A stretch of DNA of 61,806 nt, the filler included, from Sphacelaria rigidula (taxonomy: Eukaryota), in assembly GCA_964200075.2 (NCBI GenBank). It is 5 parts of 5 records of this genome, joined end to end, with 100 filler letters (N's around TTAATTAATTAA, not from the genome) between each part and the next. Parts side by side here need not be neighbours in the genome. Positions count along the whole stretch, not along the records: positions 49,527 to 61,806 come from CAXNAA020003929.1; 4 more parts are not named here. The stretch is one strand, 5' to 3'. The notes beneath the pieces were generated by a model that worked only from the letters and a program-made list of their open reading frames with translations, was not told where the DNA came from and made no database searches. Shown piece by piece: positions 50,200 to 60,400 of the stretch. The position numbers and the translations under genes are program-made. Numbering within the stretch: position 1 is the stretch's first letter; every line of letters starts with the position of its first letter.

Positions 50200-51124
50200 C
50201 CGTAAGTTGCTCTGTGATCGCACAGGGCGTGAATTTCGCACAGGGGTTGTGAGGACGCACCCCTGTGCGATCAAAAACACGGTTTGAAATGATTGAATTG
50301 TTTTTTCGCACAGGGGGCGTTGTTTTCACACAGGGGTGTGATCTCAAGGATAAAATGCGTCTCAGCCACCTTCCGGGCGTGAGGACGCGTGCGCGCGGAT
50401 GGGTCTTTGGGGCGGACAGCCTGAGTTGCAACGAGTTCTGTCTTTATTCCACTGGTCGTCATGGGGCTTGTCTGGACTACGCACTTCGGTGTGGCAGTGC
50501 AGACACAAAAAACATACGGAGTGGTTTTTTTTTTCAATTTATTTTACTCCAGTTCTCGTCGTGCACCTTGGATGAAACCACCAAAGCCGAAACCTTTCAC
50601 CAAACGCCAACACCGACGGAAGGAACGAAGCCCGAAAGCAAACGCCTACTGGCACCGAACGATATTTCTTGCAATCAACCTCGTCTCTCTCTTCGACATT
50701 TCGTGTAACGGTCTACCGGTACCACGACAACTACCGTAGGCTCGTGCGGTGTGCTTGATGCTGTCGAGCTGTGGCTGTGTGCCCGTGTGTACTTGCTACG
50801 TTTCAGGCATCTTCAGACCTTGTTCCTACGGGAGTACTGTTGCAGATTGTTCCTTTATACCGGCGAAGACTTACTCAGTATTGCACATGGCGGGGTTATC
50901 GCACAGGGTGAGCGTTCAAAGACCCTGGTGTCATCGAAATTATTTACTCAATATCGCACATTTCGTTGAGATGGCACAGGGCTGTGCGATGGAAAAGCAG
51001 TACCAAATGATTTACTTCGATTTTCGCACAGGGGTCGTGAGAACGCACCCCTGAGCGGAAAAAATCAAGTTCGAAAACTCAAAAAATCGATCGCACCCCT
51101 GTGCGATCACAGAGCAACTTACGG
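50200..51124. mobile_element. Non-autonomous Tc1/mariner-pogo-like DNA transposon
   Basis: Perfect 28-bp TIR CCGTAAGTTGCTCTGTGATCGCACAGGG. Flanks are TG/TA (TA TSD with one change). Subterminal CGCACAGGGG repeats. Confidence 0.85.
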
Positions 51125-52740
51125 TACCTTCTAATCATGGCTATAATAGATCCCTCGGGGATAAGTTGATGTACATCTGTCACGTAAAACAAAACATGTA
51201 CACTCGTATCGAGGAATGGCCATTTTTGACAACTCCCCGTACCGTTTCAATTCCGAAAGTATGATCACTTGCCTGGATACACCGGAATCACGCACACCCG
51301 AAGTTGAATCTTCACGTACTTATTCACCATTGACCCTTTGGCCGCGAGCATATTTCATCTGTTGAGTCAGCATCAATTGAAAATGACTGCATGACCAGAT
51401 GACCTACCCTCGCGATCGAAGGGTTAACCAACACAACGTCCAACCCTACCCTCTCATTTCGGGGAATATTTGCGAGTCTCCCCACACCCACCCCACCCGC
51501 TAGACACCCCTCAACAACCCGCCCCATACACGGGAGATGCGACTTCCCTAAGTTGTATCGTCAGTGTTCACCGGCATGATTGGCGACGTTGACTGTCTCC
51601 TACGCGCCTTGTCTGGGAGTAAACACCACTTTCCCCCCGATGAGTCACGCTATGCAAAGTTGTTCTGCCCGTCGAGCACATTGGCTTTGCCCGTTATGCA
51701 AGCGCGCCGAGCACATATTCCCAGCCGCCGTAGAAGAAAGCACGGTAGACTCTCAGTAGATTATCCTGACTGTGCCCTGATGTCATTTTATTGATGAAGG
51801 TGACCATAATCTGTTCAGATATTACCCATACACTCAAGCATAATGAAAAAAAAGCCGGCACACCTGCGAGAAACGTCATGCAGGTCGAATGCATCAGTTG
51901 GGGACACTTGACATACGTCCCCCTAATATACTCCCACCCCTCCCCTTTTCCCCGCCACGAGCCCGGCGTCTCGAGGGATCCAACCCATCTTTGTTTCATG
52001 CTGTACGTCACATCTTGGTACCGCGGGTTGGATCGGCACTCCCATACAGCGTCTACTCACGTCGTCACACTTTCAACAAAGACAATCACATGATCCTCTG
52101 GAAGAACAGTATCTGCTGGGCTTCGAATCCCAAACTTTGCCCTACCCGGTTTCGAGGTGAAACAGACGGACCACCGGGGCGCGGCGCTGTGCCATGATTG
52201 AAAGTAGCTCAAGATGTATCTTCACACTGCCCGACTGTGAGCTTCTCTCTACAAGTCTGAGGGCCATCACGATGCATCCGCGGGTCATGTGAACCTACTT
52301 CATTTGATGAGCATACTCTTTCTCACAAGCATAGGCTATGGACACAGATGCTCACAACCCATCGCCATTTAATTGCGGTTTTTCTGAACCCTCCACGTTT
52401 CGAAGACTGATTCTCGGAATAAAAAGCACAACAATCGATTTTGTAGCGCCAAAGCACACCCGCGATAAACGACGCGCTCGAGTGAGAAGGTCACGCTTCA
52501 CCTTTCAGGAGCAATGAAAAATTACTCTCTAGTTGCGAGCAAATCGAGCTTGCAAGGGAACCAACCAACAATGTTGTACAGGGAGCAAGCTCTGTTACCC
52601 TGCGCGAGGGTACGCCAACTTGAATTATTGCGGCAAAGGAACACGAACACAGGACGACGCGAGCAGCGGAAATCGGGCAAAACATCACGCCCCACCACTT
52701 CCGCATATGTGTGACACAAGGCACATTATAGGTCTACTAA

Positions 52741-53147
52741 TAGATCTTGGAAATGGTTTGTCTAACCATAAACCCGTTGAATGGTTACGTGTAGCGCACT
52801 CATTAACCAGTAAAATGGTACATAAGGGTTTGGTCACCGCGAGCCAAAAAGCCCCCCTCCCCCGGCAGAGGGGCCCCCGTCGAAGCCGCCCCCGGAGGGC
52901 CCTGCTGAAGGCGCAGGGCCGGAGGCACGTTTTTACACGATCTGGCTTCACTAGAGCTGAAAAATACGTTAAAAATGGGCCAATTTTCAAGGGCTATACG
53001 TAGCATACGAAGCCGGTAACGGCTCACAAAGCCGGAAACGGTAAATAATGGTTTGGAAGGATTATCCAAAGTTTTCATACAACCATTACCATTATGACCA
53101 TTATAATGATAATGGCCAGTTAAAACTGGTACCATTTCCGAGCTCTG
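52741..53147. mobile_element. hAT-type MITE
   Basis: Imperfect TIR TAGATCTTGGAAATGGT / ACCATTTCCGAGCTCTG, 8-bp TSD TCTACTAA (52733-52740) / TCTATTAA (53148-53155), and subterminal AATGGT repeats. Confidence 0.75.
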
Positions 53148-53859
53148 TCTATTAATCCATCGTTTTTTCAAGTGATCAAGTTTCGACTCGCCAGCGACCG
53201 ATTGGGAGCAAGCTCCGTTCACCCCGCGGTATGCGCGCCAGCCACACATGAATCCTTTCAGCATGAGAAGGGCGATGGTATGCCGACGCGACACATCTGT
53301 GTGGATAGGACGAGCACACAGCACGCTCTCCAGACGTTCAGATGAACAGTCAAATCTGCAACGACAGTACTGCGAGCGCTGCTCCATTCGTCATCTTCTT
53401 CACATCTCACAAGCTTTTTGCTACACTAGTCTAGTTCATATTGCCAGTGGTTAGAAACACCATAGTCCGAGGTTGTCTCAATCTGCCGTTTGTAGTAGTC
53501 CTTATAGGCCCACCCTCGTTTCTCCCCGTTGTTGTCTAAAGGTGATGCTGTGGGTGTTTTTCGGTCGACTGTTGTTTTGCACGGCGTGTGTGCAGGTTTT
53601 GTACGGCATTTGTTTCACCCATGATTTCAGGTTCAACCCAAACACATGTAGCATTTCGAGACCGAGAGGGCAAGTGTTATCGGGCATGAATTTTTCCTCG
53701 AGAGCCATGTGATAACTTATTTAGATGAAGGATGGTAGCTCGTCGAAGCATAACATTGATGATTCCAAAAGTTGAAGTTTTCTCCCTGCAGCTGACCGTC
53801 CTCTCTTGTGACAGTTCCTCCCCGATATCCCCATCGTTTGTTTTGGTCTGTCCAGAACT

Positions 53860-56800
53860 ATGCTGTTCAGGATCAAGATCGCATTACGAGAGACACTGGA
53901 GAAACGCGGGGGGGGCATGGAGAATCTCCTTGCACGTACTTCTCTGCCGTCACCAAAGCTTTCTGGAGTGCCAGCGGGTGTTCCAAAAGCGAAGGGCTGG
54001 CATGTCGTGCGCAACGCGGTGGTGGACGACGTATACAATCACTTTGTCGCCGAGGGCAGTCCGTGGATGGCGGGGCTAGTGGGTTGTAGCGGGTCAGGTA
54101 AGACCACCACTGCGGCCATGGTGGTTGGACATACGATGGGTGTGGTCCGATCCCTGGACGGGGAGACACAGCAGCAGGCTCTCGAGCGGCTGAGTCGAGT
54201 GCGGGCCCTGTTCTCAGATGGCGTGGTGTGGCTCCGCGTGGGTAGGGATGCGGCCGAGCGTCTGCCAGGTTTATTGCGGAACCTGGCGCAGATGGTGTAC
54301 GAGAACGTGCTGCGCTGCAGGGGCTATCCCCCCAGGCAGTCGCCGACCGATCCCAAGAACGGCACAGCATATGTCCGAGAGGCTATGGTTACGGGCTTGA
54401 ACCGCCAAGGTCTGCACTGCCTGCTTGTGGCGGACGACGTGTGGGAGTCGGAAGTTGTGCAGGAGTTTCGGAAGACCGGCATGCGGGTGCTGCTCACGAC
54501 CCGAGATTCACTTCTGGTAGATAACGCCGGGGGAAGAGTAACCATGGTGGAGCGGCTGAGGAGGGAGGAGGCGGAGGCGCTGGTGGCCAGTGCCGCCGAG
54601 CTTCCTGAGGGCGCTCATTTGCCTGAACCTGTGCACGAGTTGTTCGAGCTGTGCGACTACATGCCCATGTACGTGGAGTCCGTGGCAAGGTGGACGGTGG
54701 TGAACGGGAGGAACGATGAAGCTTCATGGTCTAAGGTGATTTCTGTCATCCGGGGCCATGTGGAAAACGTTCAGGAAGAAAAACACCGTGGTCATGATGA
54801 TGGTGTCAGCGCATATAGAGACGCCATTGCGAAGAAACGCATGGCGGTTCTCCAAGCCGGTTTCGAGTGCCTTGGGGCCGAGGATTCGCAGAGCCGGTGG
54901 CTCTACCTGGCCTTGGCAGTGTTGCCATGCGATCACGATTTTAAGGTGTATGAGGCTTGCGTGTTGTTGTTCGGCCACAAGGACTCAGAGCACGAACTGG
55001 AGCAGGCTGGGCAGGCGGTGGCAGCTTTGGAGCGGTGGGCGATCATCACCGCGGCAGGACCTGGTCTGTTTCGCATGCACGGTGCTCGTTCAAAATTCGC
55101 TAGGCGGACTTTTGTGGATGCTCGTGAGGATATATGCCGAGACGTTGTGGAGAGATGGCAAAACTATTTATCCACTTTGGAGGTGGTGCGGTCAGTTGAA
55201 GTATACGGCCTTCTGGGTCTGTGGCAGGCGGTTGAGCTCGTCGGGGGGAAACGGATGCGTCAGTTGCAACCGTACGATTCTGTGCTGTTTGCGCTAGACT
55301 CCTCAGATCCGTTGTATTTCCGTTCGGTAGAGGCTGTGACAAAGCTGTATAACGCGGACTATGATCTTAATGGTGCTCAGGCCGTGATGCGGGAGGTATG
55401 GGAACGATGCGAGGGCAACCCGGAGGTGAATTTGCATGCTTCTCTCACTGCCCTCTGGTACTGTGAGCTGTCGGTGAGAGACCGAGATCTAGTGGAGAGT
55501 CAGCGTTTTCGAGATTCAATGGAACCGTTGGTAGACGTCGCAAAAAAGCGGTGGAGATACGATAGCCGAGCCGCTGCTACTTGTGAGTATTGGCAATCCC
55601 TTTACACGCTTGGTTCGTGTTACCATACGTTGGAGCGAGTGGATGAAGCTGAACTGTGGTTGAAGCGGGCGCTGCAGGTAGCGGAGGAAGCGAACCTCGA
55701 TGCTGACTCCGCAAAGGTTTCGGACACACGGTTAATGCTACCGGAATGTGCAAGGGAATCTGGACGATTGCAAGAAGCGGAAGTTTTGTTTCGCCAGTCG
55801 CTGGAGAGCAAAGAGGCTAGGCTAGGGAAGGGTGCTGCACCTGTGACGCTAGGGCTGTATAAGCTGGCGAGTTGTTCGACTCAACTGGACCGGGCGAGAG
55901 ACGCGGAATCATTGTTCCGGCGAGCCCTGGCGATCGCTGAGGCGAGGTTGGGGACGGACGATGTGACGTTGGCCTCCACTTTAACTGAACTGGCCACGTG
56001 TATGACTCAACTGGACCGGGCGGAGGTAGCGGAGGCGTTGTTCCGGCGAGCCCTGGCGATCAAGCAGGGGAGGTTGGGGAAGGAGGATGTGCAGTTAGCT
56101 TCTACGCTGCACGAATTGGCCAGGTGTTTGACTCAACTCGATCGGCCGGGGGAAGCAGAGACATTGTTTCGGCGAGCCCTGGCGATCAAGCAGGGGAGGT
56201 TGGGGAAGGAGGGTGTGCAGTTAGCTTCTACGCTGCACCAGTTGGCCAGGTGTTTGACTCAACTCGATCGGGCGGGGGAAGCGGAGGCGTTGTTCCGGCG
56301 AGCCCTGGCGATCATGCAGGGGAGGTTGGGGACGGAGGATGTGCAGGTAGCGCATACGCTGCACAAGTTGGCCAGGTGTTTGTCTCAGCCGGACCGGGAG
56401 GGGGAAGCAGAGACGTTGTTGAGGCGGGCTCTTGCGATTGAGGAGGCGAGGCTGGGGGAGGAGGATGTGCAGGTAGCATACACGCTGCACCAGTTGGCCA
56501 GGTGTTTGACTCAACTCTATCGGGCGGAAGAGGCGGAGGTGTTGTTCCGGCGAGCCCTGGCGATCATGCAGGGGAGGTTGGGAGAGGAAGATGTGCAGGT
56601 AGCTCATACGCTGCACGCCTTGGCCCGATGTTTGACTCAACTCGACCGAGCGGGGGAAGCAGAGACGTTGTTCCGGCGAGCTCTGGCGATCAAGGAGGCG
56701 ACATTGGGAAAGGAGGATGTGCGGGTAGCTTATACGCTGCACGAGTTGGCCAGATGCCTGACTCTACTCGACCGGGCGGGGGAAGCAGAGGCGTTGTTCC

Positions 56801-57471
56801 GGCGAGCCCTGGTGATCAAGGAGGCGAGGCTGGGGACGGAAGATGTGCAGGTAGCGCACACGCTATACGAGTTGGCCATGTGTTTGACTCTACTCGACCG
56901 GGCGGGGGAGGCAGAGGCGTTGTTCCGGCGAGCTTTAGCGATCAAGGAGGCGACATTGGGGACGGAGGATGTGCAGGTAGCAACTACGCTCTACAAGTTG
57001 GCCACATGTTTGACTGAACAAGACCGAGCGGGGGAGGCGGAGGTATTGTTCCGGCAAGCTCTGGCGATCGCGGAGACGAGGTTGGGGACGGAGAATATGG
57101 GGGTAGCTTATACGCTTCACGCGTTGGCAACGTGTTTGATTCCACTGGACCGGGCGGAGGAGGCAGAGGTGTTGTTTCAGCGAGCTTTAACGATCAAGGA
57201 GGCGACGTTGGGGACGGAGGATGTGCGGGTTGCAAATACGCTGCACGAGCTGGCCAGATGTTTGACTCTACTGGACCGGGAGAAGGAGGCGGAGGCCTTG
57301 TTTCAGCGAGCCCTGGCGATCAAGGAGGCTAAGTTGGGGACGGAGGATGTGCAGGTAGCGACTACGCTGCATGAGTTGGCCATATGGTTGACTCTACTGG
57401 ACCGGGCGAAGGAGGCGGAGGCGTTGCTCCGGCGAGCCCTGGCGATCAAGGAGGCGAGGTTGGGGACATAA
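53860..57471 (+). CDS. NB-ARC-TPR (STAND/NLR-like) protein; the true 5' end may lie in upstream exon(s), with a likely acceptor at 53870/53871
   Basis: 1203-aa ORF with Walker A GCSGSGKTT (54082-54108), VVWLRVG, Walker B LLVADDVW (54421-54444), VLLTTRD, GLPL-like CDYMPM, MHD-like RMHG (MHG at 55075-55083), then about 14-15 42-aa TPRs. Confidence 0.92.
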   Translation: MLFRIKIALRETLEKRGGGMENLLARTSLPSPKLSGVPAGVPKAKGWHVVRNAVVDDVYNHFVAEGSPWMAGLVGCSGSGKTTTAAMVVGHTMGVVRSLDGETQQQALERLSRVRALFSDGVVWLRVGRDAAERLPGLLRNLAQMVYENVLRCRGYPPRQSPTDPKNGTAYVREAMVTGLNRQGLHCLLVADDVWESEVVQEFRKTGMRVLLTTRDSLLVDNAGGRVTMVERLRREEAEALVASAAELPEGAHLPEPVHELFELCDYMPMYVESVARWTVVNGRNDEASWSKVISVIRGHVENVQEEKHRGHDDGVSAYRDAIAKKRMAVLQAGFECLGAEDSQSRWLYLALAVLPCDHDFKVYEACVLLFGHKDSEHELEQAGQAVAALERWAIITAAGPGLFRMHGARSKFARRTFVDAREDICRDVVERWQNYLSTLEVVRSVEVYGLLGLWQAVELVGGKRMRQLQPYDSVLFALDSSDPLYFRSVEAVTKLYNADYDLNGAQAVMREVWERCEGNPEVNLHASLTALWYCELSVRDRDLVESQRFRDSMEPLVDVAKKRWRYDSRAAATCEYWQSLYTLGSCYHTLERVDEAELWLKRALQVAEEANLDADSAKVSDTRLMLPECARESGRLQEAEVLFRQSLESKEARLGKGAAPVTLGLYKLASCSTQLDRARDAESLFRRALAIAEARLGTDDVTLASTLTELATCMTQLDRAEVAEALFRRALAIKQGRLGKEDVQLASTLHELARCLTQLDRPGEAETLFRRALAIKQGRLGKEGVQLASTLHQLARCLTQLDRAGEAEALFRRALAIMQGRLGTEDVQVAHTLHKLARCLSQPDREGEAETLLRRALAIEEARLGEEDVQVAYTLHQLARCLTQLYRAEEAEVLFRRALAIMQGRLGEEDVQVAHTLHALARCLTQLDRAGEAETLFRRALAIKEATLGKEDVRVAYTLHELARCLTLLDRAGEAEALFRRALVIKEARLGTEDVQVAHTLYELAMCLTLLDRAGEAEALFRRALAIKEATLGTEDVQVATTLYKLATCLTEQDRAGEAEVLFRQALAIAETRLGTENMGVAYTLHALATCLIPLDRAEEAEVLFQRALTIKEATLGTEDVRVANTLHELARCLTLLDREKEAEALFQRALAIKEAKLGTEDVQVATTLHELAIWLTLLDRAKEAEALLRRALAIKEARLGT

Positions 57472-60400
57472 AATATGCAGGTGGCACTGACGCTGCACGA
57501 GTTGGCCAGATGTTTGACTGAACTGAACATGGCGAACGAGGCGGAGGCGTTGCTCCAGCGTGCCCTGGCGATCAAGGAGGCGAGGTTGGGGACGTAGAAT
57601 ATGCAGGTGGCACATACGCTGCACGAGTTGGCCAGATGTTTGACCATACTGGATCGAGCGGGTGAGGCGGAGGCGGTGTTCGGGCGAGCCCTGGTGATCA
57701 AGCAGGACAAGTTGGGGACGGAAGATGTGCGGGTAGCAACTACGCTCTACGAGTTGGCCAGATGTTTGACTAAACTGGACCGGGCGGGGGATGCGGGGGT
57801 GTTGTTGTGGCGAGCTCTGGCGATCAACGAGGCGAGGTTTGGAACGGAGGATGTGCAGGTGTCTTACACGCTTCACGCGCTGGCCATGTGTTTGACTCAA
57901 CTGGACCGGGCGGGGGAAGCAGAGGCGTTGTTCCGGCGAGCCCTGGTGATCAAGGAGGCGAGGCTGGGGACGGAAGATGTGCAGGTAGCGCACACGCTGT
58001 ACGAGTTGGCCATGTGTTTGACTCAACTGGACCGAGCGGGAGAGGCGAAGGCGTTGCTCCAGCGTCCCCTGGCGATCAAGATGGTTAGGTCGGGGTCGGA
58101 GAATATGCGGGTAGCACATACACTGCACGAGTTTAACAGATGTGTGACTCAACTGGACCGGGCGGAAGAGGCGGAGGCGTTGTTCCGGCGAGCCCTCGCA
58201 ATCAAGGAGGCTAGGTTGGGGACGGAGGATGTGCAGGTAGCAACTACGCTGCACGCGTTGGCCATATGTTTGACAGTACTCGACCGGGCGGGGGAAGCAG
58301 AGGCGTTGTTCCGGCGAGCCCTGGCGATCAAGGAGGCTAGGTTGGGAACGGAGGATGTGCAGGCAGCTTATACGCTGCACGAGTTGTCCAGATGTTTGAC
58401 TCTACTCGACCGGGCGGGGGAAGCGGAGGCGTTGTTCCGACGAGCCCTGGCGATCGAGGAGTCTAAGTTGGGGACGGAGGATGTGCGGGTAGCATATACG
58501 CTGCATGAGTTGGCCATGTATTTGACTCTACTCAACCGGGCGGAGGAGGCGGAGGCGTTGCTCCAGCGTGCCCTGGCGATCAAGGAGGTTAGGTTCGGGA
58601 CGGAGAATATGCAAGTGGCACTTCCTCTGCAGGAGTTGGCCAGATGTTTGACTCAACTGGACAGGGCGGAAGAGGCGGAGGCGTTGCTCCGGCGAGCCCT
58701 GGCAATCAACAAGGCGGGATTGGGGACGGAGGATGTGCAGGTAGCTTATACGCTGCACGAGTTGGCCAGATGTCTGACTCCACTCGACCGGGCGGGGGAA
58801 GCAGAGACATTGTTCCGGCGAGCCCTGGCAATCAAGGAGGCGAGATTGGGGACGGAGGATGTGCGGGTAGCTTATACGCTGCACGAGTTGGGCAGATGTT
58901 TGACTCAACTGAACCGGGCGGGGGAGGCAGAGGCGTTGTTGTGGCGGGCTCTTGCGATTGAGGAGGCGACGTTGGGGACGGAGGATGTGCGGGTAGCTTA
59001 TGCGCTGCACGAGGTGGTCACATGTTTGACTCAACTGAACCGTGCGGGGGAAGCGGAGGCGTTGTTGTGGCGGGTTCTTGCGATTGAGGAGGCGAGGTTT
59101 GGAACGGAGGATATGCAAGTGTTTTACACGCTTCACGCGCTGGCCATATGTTTGACTCAACTGGACCGGGCGGGGGAGGCGGAGGCGTTGTTCCGGCGAG
59201 CCCTGGCGATCGAGGAGGCTGGGTTGGGGACGGAGGATATGCGGGTAGCAAATACGCTGCACGAGTTGGCCAGATGTTTGACTCAACTGAACTGAGCGGG
59301 AGAGGCGGAGGCGTTGTTCCGGCGAGCCCTGGCGATCAAGGAGGCGAGATTGGAGACGGCGGATGTAGAGGTAGCACATACACTGCACGAGTTTAACCGA
59401 TGTTTGACCCGACTGGACCGGGCGGAAGAGGCGGAGGCGCTGTTGTGGCGAGCTCTGGTTATTAACCCTTTTGGAACTCACAATGGAAAAGTGATAATTT
59501 GCAATTGACGTTTTATGAGCAAGACATGGCTGATGGTTCACGGCTGAGACGCAACAACATTTACCCAACGCGTATTTCTCAGACCCGTGCGAATGACAAG
59601 TGGAACAAAAAATATTTTCTATTCACCGATGTGCCGTACTAAACCCTGGAGCCCATTGCTGTTTTTTCATGGAATGTTTCATGATGTTTGTTCTAATGAT
59701 TGTCGATGGATACAATTGGACACACTCCATCTGTTGCGTGGTATAATTGGACAAACCTCACCCGACCTCTCCAGGGAAGACACCCGCGGCGTGTGCAACT
59801 GGATTCTTCTCCGGTCTTCCATCATAAAATAGTTGGTGCCTGCCTTTTCTGCTTTCATTTTTTTCTCTCTGTGTCAGGACTTCTCATAATGAGGCGTTTG
59901 GCCCGGGGACAGAAGGGGAGGGTTCCAAAAGGGTTGAGGAGGCAAGGTTGGGGACGGAGGATGTGCAGCTAACAACTACGCTGCACGAGGTGGTCACATA
60001 TTTGTCTCAACTGAACCGGGCGGGAGAGGCGGAGGCGTTGTTGTGGCGGGCTTTGGCGATCAAGGAGGCGAGGCTGGGGACGGAGGATGTGCGGGTAGCA
60101 CATACGCTGCACGAGTTGACCAGATGTTTGACTCTACTGAACCGGGTGGCGGAGGCGGAGGCGTTGTTCCGGCGAGCTCTGGCGATCAAGGAGGCGAGGT
60201 GGGGGACGGAGGATGTGATGGTAGTGCATACGCTCTACGCGTTGGCGAGATGTTCGACTCAACTGGACCGGGCGGGAGAGGCGGGGGCGTTGCTCCAGCG
60301 GGCTCTCGCGATCGCTGGGGCAAGCTTGGGGACGGATGTGCGGGTAGCTTACACGCTTCGCGCGTTGGCGAGATACTCGACTCAACTAGACCGGGCGGGG

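Noticed and set aside
57394-59568. Long antisense and alternative-frame ORFs over the TPR array (328 aa, 346 aa and others)
   Set aside because: Shadow frames of a GC-rich tandem repeat that lacks stops in those frames.
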